A DNA stretch of 64,000 nucleotides from Balanoglossus misakiensis (lineage: Eukaryota; Animalia; Hemichordata). The stretch covers positions 9,067,510 to 9,131,509 of the forward strand of contig CM082595.2 of assembly GCA_040954595.2 (NCBI GenBank), written 5' to 3'. The notes below the pieces were generated by a model that worked only from the letters and a program-made list of their open reading frames with translations, ran no database searches and was not told the origin of the DNA. Below are positions 1-12,600 of the stretch, piece after piece. Numbering within the stretch: position 1 is the first letter of the stretch; each line of letters opens with the position of its first letter. The translations under genes were made by a program, and so were the position numbers.

Positions 1-301
1 TTGTCTAAGTCTGAAGAGTAGTCATCATCTCTGAAACCCCTTGACCTAAGTCAGGTGTCAAATAGTACAATTTGCAGATTTGTTGCATTGGAGATATTGT
101 TGCAGTTTTTGAAATTCAAGATGGCTGCCAATGTCTGTGTTAACTCTATGGAAAAACATTTATGTAAATACCTTTCTGAAAACAAGGCGGTGAACATCAC
201 ATTTTTGTTTACAAACAGTAATAGAAATAGCTATCATTGTTTCTGAAAATCCTAACTTGTAGGATTCTTTTTCAATCTCTGGCATCAGCAGAGACAATTA
301 A

Positions 302-1034
302 GGTGGCATTGCATGAAAAGTTGTGATTTTTGCCAAATTTTACTTTTTTACATAAATCGGTAGGCCTAATACTCACCCACATCCTGACTAATACGTCTTG
401 GCGGAAATGGTGCACAATCACCCCCAAATAGCACTTTTCTGAATGAGTTCACAGCTTAACAAATAGGTGTCAACAATGCAAATGGCCGTTTTTCTCGGTT
501 TGCATTTTCGCTGCTTTTGACAACTTCGGACTAAAATAGCTTCGCCCTGCATTGGCCGAATTTGCTCAAATTTTGACAGGGAATTGTGTATGACCCATCC
601 AACAAAACGCTAGTTTTGTATGTCGATAAAGTGTCCCTAGCGGGAATAAACTCTGATTCAATACAACTCACCGTGAATTTGATCAAATTTTCAGAAAATC
701 TAACTTTCAAACGCTGTTACTCCTCAATGGAAGCAGATAACGCAAAACAAAATTAGCGTTTTTTTGCACGTGTACTTTAGTTTCGAATGACATATTAAGA
801 TGCATGATGCATGGTCAACTTTTTTACCTATTTTAAATTTCATGACATAATATAAAAAAATGGGTTTTTTCGCCCAAAATCGCCACCATTTCCGGGGATC
901 AATAATATTTGCAACTCAAACAAAAGTTCAAAATCTCAGCTTCCAGAATATATATGGTTTATGGGGGTTTAAACTTTGTCTTTGATGAGAAATAGGCCTC
1001 TGAAAAAGTCTCGACGGTTTCATGCAGTGCCACC
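302..1034. mobile_element. Non-autonomous Kolobok-like DNA transposon (MITE)
   Basis: 17-bp TIRs GGTGGCATTGCATGAAA / TTTCATGCAGTGCCACC (1 mismatch). TTAA on both sides (298-301, 1035-1038). RR...YY termini with a TTAA TSD are Kolobok hallmarks. No transposase ORF. Confidence 0.85.
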
Positions 1035-1380
1035 TTAAACAACTCTATAAAAAGTCTTATTGCTTAGTACTGGCACGAGGTGGTAAAAAGATGTGCAGCT
1101 TTTGACTTATTACAGGCTTACACTTTGTTAGTAATATGAGTCCCTATTGGTATTGTGCTGGGTTTTTAGGAGCTTGGGCCCCATTCCCTGGATATTTTTT
1201 ACACCTTGCTCTGAAAACCTGCCACACCTATGCTTCTTGAATTTGTCACAGTTGTCCTTGCCAATGAGTGTGCACCTTGAAATTCAAATCAGTCATTTGA
1301 CCTGGCAGCCATATTCAGTTGAAATTGTTAAATAAATGCAAATTAGCTGGGAAAATTTGAAATTGGTCAAAACCACTGGT

Positions 1381-2865
1381 CAGATTGATTTGACAATTGG
1401 TATGCAAGTACCTTATGTCAACCACATACAGTCCTGTATTTTGAATAGTTTGAATGTTCTATTTTTATGCATTTTTTGCCTTTTTCCTCATTTTTGGTAA
1501 AACATCTACTTTTCTAAAATTGATGAGACGACTTCTTTGAAATTTAGTATGAAGCTTCATATAGGTGATATGAGTTATCATACTTTTGTTAAAATGTTGC
1601 AAAATTTGCATATTCATAATTTTGGAGCAATTTCGGCCGTTTTTGAATTTTTTTTTTAAACCGGTTGTTACATTGCTTTGAAATTTGTTAGTCATATTAG
1701 GGGTAGCCCAAGTAAGATTTGCATGTATGTTTTTCAAATCAACTTGATGAATTGAATAGTATATTTTTGGGATGATTTTTGCCATTTTCGGTCAAAACTC
1801 TTCTCAGAACCCCCCACAGTACGTGAAATATCCCATGAATCACTCTGGTTTGTACAACCAGAGATTACTCGGTCAAACCAGGCAAAGTTCACATGTGTAG
1901 AGAAAATTGTAGACCACTAATACAAATTTTGAGAGCATGCTTTAAAGGCGAATCTTATTGTCAATTACCATTTCAAATGATAAACAAAATCATGCATTAT
2001 TGAAAGAGGAGATACAAATTTTATAAAATAAGCAATTGCATAGCCAGCCGATACAAAAAAGTTTGAAGTAAAACAGGGACACTTGAAACACTTGTTTAAT
2101 CAAACAAAACGATATTGATTTTTTTCTATAGACAGAACAATGGAAATTTACATGTTAACTTTCAACAGAGACTGGCCACCTCAGTTAGTCATTGCTTCTT
2201 TCCTCCTAAGTGTGACATTTGACGTACATGAATGAATACTTTGATTTCTATGGCTTTTAAATCTTGATTTTGAAATTTTCACTCTAATTCCTCAACATAC
2301 TTTTTCTAGATAAATCTTAATACAGTTATATGTACTTCATATCATTGTTAGTATCTAAAACAGAAAGTAATTAAATGGACAATCTCGATGATACAAATCA
2401 TGGAGAGTTGTGGGTAAAATATCGTACTGTGCCCCCTTTACCCCCACTGCTTTGAAATTTGATTTGAAGGTTTCAGGGTTTGTTCTCATGATAATTTACA
2501 GATTGATTTGACAATTGGTATGCAAGTACCTTATGTCAACCACATACAATCCTGTATTTTTTTAACTAATAGTTTGAATGTTCTATTTTATGCATTTTTT
2601 GCCTTTTTCCTCATTTGTGGTAAAAAAATTTAGTATGAAGCTTCATGTAGGTGATATGAGTTACAATACTTTTGTTGAAATGTTGCAAAATTTGCATATT
2701 GATAATTTTGGAGCAATTTCAGCCTTGTTTAATTAATTTTTTTTCTCTAAAACCGCTTGTTCCATTGCTTTAAAATTTGTTAGTCATGTTAGGGGTAGCT
2801 CAAGTAAGATTTGCATGTATGTTTTTCAAATCAACTTGATGAATTGAATAGTATATTTTTGGGGG
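1381..2865. repeat. Two diverged copies of a ~370-390 bp unit (1381-1775 and ~2499-2865), probably the body of an interspersed HINE-like repeat
   Basis: Both copies begin GATTGATTTGACAATTGGTATGCAAGTACCTTATGTCAACCACATACA and stay colinear to GAATAGTATATTTTTGGG. The second copy is cut by the L2 insertion. Confidence 0.75.
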
Positions 2866-3162
2866 ATCAAATCAAATCAAATCAAAACAAACATTTATAA
2901 AGCGCCAGAATCAATAACAATGTTATTTCCAAAGGCGCTGAAAGTATAACATCAGTGTTCGTAGGCTTTGACAAATAGAAATGTCTTGAGTTTTTGTTTG
3001 AAAATGTTGAGACTAGAAGCCTGTTGAATGTCAGATGGCAGAGAATTCCAAAGTTGTGGCGCGACAAGGGAAAAGGCACATCCACCATATGTTTTGAGTC
3101 TGTACTTTGGTACACACAACTGGTTCCTTGAGCTGGAGCGCAGAGCCCGACTAGGCTTATAT
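2866..3162 (-). mobile_element. 5'-truncated L2-clade LINE (ORF2 C-terminus, 3' stem-loop, microsatellite tail)
   Basis: Translation YKPSRALRSS...AFSLVAPQLWNSLPSDIQQASSLNIFKQKLKTFLF is the typical L2 ORF2 C-terminus. It is followed by an AGCGCC...GGCGCT stem-loop, TTTATAAAT and a (TTTGA)n tail. Confidence 0.9.
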
Positions 3163-3943
3163 GATTTTTGATTTGATTTGGTTTCAGGGTGATTTCTCAT
3201 GATGATTTACAAAACCTATGACTGATTACTTTGAAATTTGAGTAGGAAGTTAATTGGATGTGTTTGTTTAGATAATGGAATCAAATAAAGTTATTCATTC
3301 TTCACCTTCATTCTTCACCTCATTTCATTTATTGGCTGGTTTGTCTATTGTATCAGGGAAGAGTACTTGCCATCCCACCCCACCGATGCAAACTTTGAGT
3401 GGCAAAAGTAAAATTTGTCATAACATTGAGTTAATTTGCTTTTGGGCTCACTAAAATGCAACTTTGAGCTCTGTATTTGTACAAAATTTTCATTAATTGG
3501 CTGGTTTGTCTATTGTACCAGGCCAGCATACATAAGATCAAGATGTTTTCGGGGCTGGGGGGGGGCATCATATTTTATTGCCTCTCTATGTGTGTGTCTG
3601 TCTGTCTGTACTCCTGTGTAGACTTTTTCTAGTGTAATCACTAAATGAGACCACAGTGTCCTTGACGCTATTTTTTGCGATTTTCAATGACCTTGGGGTA
3701 ACCTTTGACCAGCTTTCATATATCTTGGTATTCACAGCAGAATACAGCCTTGGCATACCCTGGTAACCATGGGAACTGTTTGGGCCCAACCAATGGTGCT
3801 GGCAGCGTTAATTTTTAAATGATTTCTTCTTGTCGTTTTCTTTATCAATATGATGACTTGACCTAATCAGATTATTAAAATAATTTTATTCTTTTTTTAC
3901 ATTAGGTTCTTTGGTAACACTGCTGCTGGAGGGAGTGTAATAT

Positions 3944-4740
3944 TTGTAACGACGTCGCCACCTAATACTGTACTGGAGGTATGAACTTAAACTTGTAACG
4001 ACGCCGCCACCTAATACTGTACTGGAGAGATGAAGTTAATACTTGTAACGACGCCGCCACCTAATACTGTACTGGAGAGATGAAGTTAATACTTGTAACG
4101 ACGCCGCCACCTAATACTGTACTGGAGAGATGAAGTTAATACTTGTAACGACGCCGCCACCTAATACTGTACTGGAGAGATGAAGTTAATACTTGTAACG
4201 ACGCCGCCACCTAATACTGTACTGGAGAGATGAACTTAATACTTGTAACGACGCCGCCACCTAATACTGTACTGGAGAGATGAAGTTAATACTTGTAACG
4301 ACGCCGCCACCTAATACTGTACTGGAGAGATGAAGTTAATACTTGTAACGACGCCGCCACCTAATACTGTACTGGAGAGATGAAGTTAATACTTGTAACG
4401 ACGCCGCCACCTAATACTGTACTGGAGAGATGAAGTTAATACTTGTAACGACGCCGCCACCTAATACTGTACTGGAGGGATGAACTTAAACTTGTAACGA
4501 CGCCGCCACCTAATACTGTACTGGAGAGATGAAGTTAATACTTGTAACGACGCCGCCACCTAATACTGTACTGGAGAGATGAAGTTAATACTTGTAACGC
4601 CGCCGCCACCTAATACTGTACTGGAGAGATGAACTTAATACTTGTAACGACGCCGCCACCTTATACTGTACTGGAGGGATGAACTTAAACCTGTAACGAC
4701 GCCAGATGATGCTCCTGTGACCAGAGGGATGAACGACGCC
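3944..4740. repeat. 50-bp minisatellite, ~15-16 copies
   Basis: Unit ACTTGTAACGACGCCGCCACCTAATACTGTACTGGAGAGATGAAGTTAAT, near-perfect in the middle and degenerate at both ends. Confidence 0.97.
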
Positions 4741-4888
4741 ATAATTTGTTGATCTGATCTAATTAATAATATTCATTCTTTTTTTTCAATAGGTTCATTG
4801 GTATTATCATCGCCGGAGGGAGTCTAATCAATATCTACAACAACGCCGCACCAGATAACAATATCAAAACCAGAGGGATGCTGTCAAT

Positions 4889-5063
4889 AGGTTAGGCTAA
4901 TAAAAATGGTTTAATCTGAGGGAATGGTAAAGGGTTGGTGTATGAATATGTTAGGGTAATAAAAAATGGTATAATCTAACGGAATGGTGAAGGGTTGGTG
5001 TATAAACAGGTTAGGCTAATAAAAATGGTATAATCTAATGAAATGGTGAAGGGTTGGTGTATG
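4889..5063. repeat. 59-60 bp tandem repeat x3 within a C-poor GGTRTAAT-rich tract (to ~5450)
   Basis: AGGTTAGGCTAATAAAAATGGTATAATCT...GAAGGGTTGGTGTAT starts at 4889, 4948 and 5008. Confidence 0.85.
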
Positions 5064-5486
5064 ATGACTAATAAGACATTGTGCACAAGGGTACTATAAT
5101 AAAACTGTCTGCAAGGGTATAATATTATGGTTTCAAGGGTATGATAAGTAATTAAAATACTATAAAAACATGAGTAATGCCACGTGGTAAATAAAAACTG
5201 TACATGTACAGAGGGTAAATACCGGTATAATATATAAAGGTGTTAACATCAATGGTGTAATAATAAAAAAAATGGGTAACACATGGTTTTGGTGGTATAA
5301 TAATAATAAAATGGTATTAACTTGATGGTATAAACATTATGGGATGTGTATAAACGGTGTTAATATTACAAAGGTATAATGATTAGTTGGGGTGTAATAA
5401 TAAGAAATTTAAAATCATTGGGTAATTTATTAGTGTCAGGTTGGGTAAAATAATTGTTGCTATGCATTCGTGTAATAATTGTCTGC

Positions 5487-5685
5487 GGATTTTTTGCAGC
5501 GTTACCCGCGTTCGCGTTCTTCATTGCAGGTCGCTCGTCATGTAATGGAATTTCGCCGTGTGCCCGTTTGATTCGCCGATGGATTTTTTACAACGTTACC
5601 CGCGTTCGCGTTCTTCATCGCAGTTGGATCGTCGTGTAATGGAATTTCGCCGTGTGCCCGTTTGATTCGCCGATGGATTTTTTGC
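5487..5685. repeat. ~94-bp CpG-rich tandem duplication
   Basis: GGATTTTTT...GTTACCCGCGTTCGCGTTCTTCAT...GGAATTTCGCCGTGTGCCCGTTTGATTCGCCGAT at 5487 and 5581, with the start of a third copy at 5674. Confidence 0.9.
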
Positions 5686-6110
5686 TTTCGTCATCGTAAT
5701 TCCCGCATCAACACGAATCCTCAATCTCGCGTAACAACAATACATCAAAATGTACACAGAAAAATAGGAGTCGGCAAGACAATTCTGGTTAGTTTGAGCC
5801 CCAACCTTTTAAAATTCACAACGGGGGAGGGGGCAGTTTTTCCTCATTTTATATTTGGCTCGAGGTTTTTAACTGTCCCCAGGCGCGTAAAGTTAGTTAG
5901 TTTATCACACAGTATGTAATTATCTTGCTTGATTTAAAAAAACACTAAAATTGTATGGGGGAGCTTCTTGCGATTTGCACTTAAGAAACTGATGGTTTGT
6001 ACCCATAGATAATATTAAGTATTAAGCACATAATTGCCTGGAAATAAAAATTAACTCAAGGGTAGAATGCAACAGTTAATTTTGTGCAATATCAACAGGA
6101 GCTATTTTGG

Positions 6111-6214
6111 CACATTATTTCAGTTTGATAAACACTGTTTTTGCTCATTGTTTCATTTCGACCACATTATTTCAGTTTGATAAACACTGTTTTTGCTTAT
6201 TGTTTCATTTCAAC
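6111..6214. repeat. 52-bp tandem duplication
   Basis: CACATTATTTCAGTTTGATAAACACTGTTTTTGCTYATTGTTTCATTTCRAC occurs twice. Confidence 0.9.
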
Positions 6215-6619
6215 CACTTTTGTCACCTTGTTTTAAATTGAATGCAAGCATTGTTTCTGTTTGACCACTACTTGGGGTAATTGTTCCAAATTGGTATGCA
6301 AGATATTTTACATCAGCAGTTAGCCATCTAGCCACACTTTAGCTGCACAGCATATGAAAAATAATGAAATTCATGCAAAAAGCAAAAAAGTATTATGGGT
6401 ATAATGCCATTGCAGCATTGGCGGTTCGACTCCGTCGATACTTACTTTGAAGCATAAGTCTTCATTATTTTTCATATGTAATAAATAAAACTCTTCCAAA
6501 TTCATATCTTTGTTTTAAGTTTGTGCTTTTGCTTCAGTTAGGGGGCCCACATTTACCAAACCTGTCTTGCCATCTTTTCACATTTCTTCAAATATGCAGC
6601 GCCAGCGGTAGGCAGTATT

Positions 6620-9600
6620 TGATCAAATTGACCCACAAATCACTCAAAATTAATAGGCAGGATACTGTCCACTCTGGCCTGGTTACTGTCTGGCCTGCTT
6701 AATGTTGACGCAAAGGTTGACCCCACCAAACACTCAAAATTAATAGGCAGCATACTGGCCACTCTGGCCTAGTTAATGTTGACGCAAAGGTTGACCCCCA
6801 CCAAACACTCAAAATTAATGGGCACGATACTGGCCACTCTGGCCTAGTTAATGTTGACGCAAAGGTTGACCCCACCAAACACTCAAAATCAATGGGCAGC
6901 ATACTGTCCACTATGGCCTGGTTACTGTGTGCTCTGGTTAATGTTGACGCAAATGTTGACCCCACCAAACACTCAAAATTAATGGGCAGCACACTGTCCA
7001 CTACGGCCTGGTTACTGTGTGCTCTGGTTAATGTTGATGCAAAGGTTGACCCCACCAAACACTCAAAATTAATGGGCAGAACACTGTCCACTATGGCCTG
7101 GTTACTGTGTGCTCTGGTTAATGTTGATGCAAAGGTTGACCCCACCAAACACTCAAAATTAATGGGCAGGATACTGGCCACTCTGGCCTAGTTAATGTTG
7201 ACGCAAAGGTTGACCCCCACCAAACACTCAAAATTAATGGGCACGATACTGGTCACTCTGGCCTAGTTAATGTTGACGCAAAGGTTGACCCCACCAAACA
7301 CTCAAAATTAATGGGCAGCACACTGTCCACTACGGCCTGGTTACTGTGTGCTCTGGTTAATGTTGATGCAAAGGTTGACCCCACCAAACACTCAAAATTA
7401 ATGAGCAGAACACTGTCCACTATGGCCTGGTTACTGTGTGCTCTGGTTAATGTTGATGCAAAGGTTGACCCCACCAAACACTCAAAATTAATGGGCAGGA
7501 TACTGGCCACTCTGGCCTAGTTAATGTTGACGCAAAGGTTGACCCCCACCAAACACTCAAAATTAATGGGCACGATACTGGCCACTCTGGCCTAGTTAAT
7601 GTTGACGCAAAGGTTGACCCCCACGAAACACTCAAAATTAATGGGCACGATACTGGCCACTCTGGCCTAGTTGATGTTGACGCAAAGGTTGACCCCACCA
7701 AACACTCAAAATTAATGGGCAGCACACTGTCCACTACGGCCTGGTTACTGTGTGCTCTGGTTAATGTTGACGCAAAGGTTGACCCCACCAAACACTCAAA
7801 ATTAATGGGCAGAACACTGTCCACTATGGCCTGGTTACTGTGTGCTCTGGTTAATGTTGACGCAAAGGTTGACCCCACCAAACACTCAAAATTAATGGGC
7901 AGAACACTGTCCACTACGGCCTGGTTATTGTGTGCTCTGGTTAATGTTGACGCAAAGGTTGACGCCACCAAACACTCAAAATCAATGGGCAGCATACTGT
8001 CCACTATGGCCTGGTTACTGTGTGCTCTGGTTAATGTTGACGCAAAGGTTGACCCCACCAAACACTCAAAATTAATGGGCAGAACACTGTCCACTATGGC
8101 CTGGTTACTGTGTGCTCTGGTTAATGTTGACGCAAAGGTTGACCCCACCAAACACTCAAAATTAATGGGCAGCACACTGTCCACTATGGCCTGGTTACTG
8201 TGTGCTCTGGTTAATGTTGACGCAAAGGTTGACCCCACCAAACACTCAAAATTAATGGGCAGAACACTGTCCACTACGGCCTGGTTACTGTGTGCTCTGG
8301 TTAATGTTGACGCAAAGGTTGACCCCACCAAACACTCAAAATTAATGGGCAGAACACTGTCCACTATGGCCTGGTTACTGTGTGCTCTGGTTAATGTTGA
8401 CGCAAAGGTTGACCCCACCAAACACTCAAAATTAATGGGCAGAACACTGTCCACTACGGCCTGGTTACTGTGTGCTCTGGTTAATTTTGACGCAAAGGTT
8501 GACCCCACCAAACACTCAAAATTAATGGGCAGAACACTGTCCACTACGGCCTGGTTACTGTGTGCTCTGGTTAATGTTGACGCAAAGGTTGACCCCACCA
8601 AACACTCAAAATTAATGGGCAGCACACTGTCCACTATGGCCTGGTTACTGTGTGCTCTGGTTAATGTTGACGCAAAGGTTGACCCCACCAAACACTCAAA
8701 ATTAATGGGCAGAACACTGTCCACTACGGCCTGGTTACTGTGTGCTCTGGTTAATGTTGACGCAAAGGTTGACCCCCACCAAACACTCAAAATTAATGGG
8801 CACGATACTGGCCACTCTGGCCTAGTTAATGTTGACGCAAAGGTTGACCCCACCAAACACTCAAAATTAATGGGCACGATACTGGCCACTCTGGCCTAGT
8901 TAATGTTGACGCAAAGGTTGACCCCACCAAACACTCAAAATTAATGGGCACGATACTGGCCACTCTGGCCTAGTTAATGTTGACGCAAAGGTTGACCCCA
9001 CCAAACACTCAAAATTAATGGGCACGATACTGGCCACTCTGGCCTAGTTAATGTTGACGCAAAGGTTGACCCCACCAAACACTCAAAATTAATGGGCAGA
9101 ACACTGTCCACTATGGCCTGGTTACTGTGTGCTCTGGTTAATGTTGACGCAAAGGTTGACCCCACCAAACACTCAAAATTAATGGGCAGAACACTGTCCA
9201 CTACGGCCTGGTTACTGTGTGCTCTGGTTAATGTTGACGCAAAGGTTGACCCCACCAAACACTCAAAATTAATGGGCAGCACACTGTCCACTATGGCCTG
9301 GTTACTGTGTGCTCTGGTTAATGTTGACGCAAAGGTTGACCCCACCAAACACTCAAAATTAATGGGCAGAACACTGTCCACTACGGCCTGGTTACTGTGT
9401 GCTCTGGTTAATGTTGACGCAAAGGTTGACCCCACCAAACACTCAAAATTAATGGGCAGAACACTGTCCACTATGGCCTGGTTACTGTGTGCTCTGGTTA
9501 ATGTTGACGCAAAGGTTGACCCCACCAAACACTCAAAATTAATGGGCAGCACACTGTCCACTATGGCCTGGTTACTGTGTGCTCTGGTTAATGTTGACGC

Positions 9601-12600
9601 AAAGGTTGACCCCACCAAACACTCAAAATTAATGGGCAGAACACTGTCCACTATGGCCTGGTTACTGTGTGCTCTGGTTAATGATGATGCAAAGGTTGAC
9701 CCCACCAAACACTCAAAATTAATGGGCAGGATACTGGCCACTCTGGCCTAGTTAATGTTGACGCAAAGGTTGACCCCCACCAAACACTCAAAATTAATGG
9801 GCACGATACTGGCCACTCTGGCCTAGTTAATGTTGACGCAAAGGTTGACCCCCACGAAACACTCAAAATTAATGGGCACGATACTGGCCACTCTGGCCTA
9901 GTTAATGTTGACGCAAAGGTTGACCCCACCAAACACTCAAAATTAATGGGCAGCACACTGTCCACTACGGCCTGGTTACTGTGTGCTCTGGTTAATGTTG
10001 ACGCAAAGGTTGACCCCACCAAACACTCAAAATTAATGGGCAGAACACTGTCCACTATGGCCTGGTTACTGTGTGCTCTGGTTAATGTTGACGCAAAGGT
10101 TGACCCCACCAAACACTCAAAATTAATGGGCAGAACACTGTCCACTACGGCCTGGTTATTGTGTGCTCTGGTTAATGTTGACGCAAAGGTTGACGCCACC
10201 AAACACTCAAAATCAATGGGCAGCATACTGTCCACTATGGCCTGGTTACTGTGTGCTCTGGTTAATGTTGACGCAAAGGTTGACCCCACCAAACACTCAA
10301 AATTAATGGGCAGCACACTGTCCACTATGGCCTGGTTACTGTGTGCTCTGGTTAATGTTGACGCAAAGGTTGACCCCACCAAACACTCAAAATTAATGGG
10401 CAGAACACTGTCCACTACGGCCTGGTTACTGTGTGCTCTGGTTAATGTTGACGCAAAGGTTGACCCCACCAAACACTCAAAATTAATGGGCAGAACACTG
10501 TCCACTATGGCCTGGTTACTGTGTGCTCTGGTTAATGTTGACGCAAAGGTTGACCCCACCAAACACTCAAAATTAATGGGCAGAACACTGTCCACTACGG
10601 CCTGGTTACTGTGTGCTCTGGTTAATGTTGACGCAAAGGTTGACCCCACCAAACACTCAAAATTAATGGGCAGAACACTGTCCACTACGGCCTGGTTACT
10701 GTGTGCTCTGGTTAATGTTGACGCAAAGGTTGACCCCACCAAACACTCAAAATTAATGGGCAGCACACTGTCCACTATGGCCTGGTTACTGTGTGCTCTG
10801 GTTAATGTTGACGCAAAGGTTGACCCCACCAAACACTCAAAATTAATGGGCAGAACACTGTCCACTACGGCCTGGTTACTGTGTGCTCTGGTTAATGTTG
10901 ACGCAAAGGTTGACCCCCACCAAACACTCAAAATTAATGGGCACGATACTGGCCACTCTGGCCTAGTTAATGTTGACGCAAAGGTTGACCCCACCAAACA
11001 CTCAAAATTAATGGGCACGATACTGGCCACTCTGGCCTAGTTAATGTTGACGCAAAGGTTGACCCCACCAAACACTCAAAATTAATGGGCACGATACTGG
11101 CCACTCTGGCCTAGTTAATGTTGACGCAAAGGTTGACCCCACCAAACACTCAAAATTAATGGGCAGAACACTGTCCACTACGGCCTGGTTACTCTGTGCT
11201 CTGGTTAATGTTGACGCAAAGGTTGACCCCACCAAACACTCAAAATTAATGGGCAGAACACTGTCCACTACGGCCTGGTTACTGTGTGCTCTGGTTAATG
11301 TTGACGCAAAGGTTGACCCCACCAAACACTCAAAATTAATGGGCAGAACACTGTCCACTACGGCCTGGTTACTGTGTGCTCTGGTTAATGTTGACGCAAA
11401 GGTTGACCCCACCAAACACTCAAAATTAATGGGCAGAACACTGTCCACTATGGCCTGGTTACTGTGTGCTCTGGTTAATGTTGACGCAAAGGTTGACCCC
11501 ACCAAACACTCAAAATTAATGGGCAGAACACTGTCCACTACGGCCTGGTTACTGTGTGCTCTGGTTAATGTTGACGCAAAGGTTGACCCCACCAAACACT
11601 CAAAATTAATGGGCAGCACACTGTCCACTATGGCCTGGTTACTGTGTGCTCTGGTTAATGTTGACGCAAAGGTTGACCCCACCAAACACTCAAAATTAAT
11701 GGGCAGAACACTGTCCACTACGGCCTGGTTACTGTGTGCTCTGGTTAATGTTGACGCAAAGGTTGACCCCACCAAACACTCAAAATTAATGGGCAGCACA
11801 CTGTCCACTATGGCCTGGTTACTGTGTGCTCTGGTTAATGTTGACGCAAAGGTTGACCCCACCAAACACTCAAAATTAATGGGCAGAACACTGTCCACTA
11901 CGGCCTGGTTACTGTGTGCTCTGGTTAATGTTGACGCAAAGGTTGACCCCACCAAACACTCAAAATTAATGGGCAGAACACTGTCCACTATGGCCTGGTT
12001 ACTGTGTGCTCTGGTTAATGTTGACGCAAAGGTTGACCCCACCAAACACTCAAAATTAATGGGCAGCACACTGTCCACTATGGCCTGGTTACTGTGTGCT
12101 CTGGTTAATGTTGACGCAAAGGTTGACCCCACCAAACACTCAAAATTAATGGGCAGAACACTGTCCACTACGGCCTGGTTACTGTGTGCTCTGGTTAATG
12201 TTGACGCAAAGGTTGACCCCACCAAACACTCAAAATTAATGGGCAGAACACTGTCCACTATGGCCTGGTTACTGTGTGCTCTGGTTAATGTTGACGCAAA
12301 GGTTGACCCCACCAAACACTCAAAATTAATGGGCAGAACACTGTCCACTACGGCCTGGTTACTGTGTGCTCTGGTTAATGTTGACGCAAAGGTTGACCCC
12401 ACCAAACACTCAAAATTAATGGGCAGAACACTGTCCACTACGGCCTGGTTACTGTGTGCTCTGGTTAATGTTGACGCAAAGGTTGACCCCACCAAACACT
12501 CAAAATTAATGGGCAGCACACTGTCCACTACGGCCTGGTTACTGTGTGCTCTGGTTAATGTTGACGCAAAGGTTGACCCCACCAAACACTCAAAATTAAT

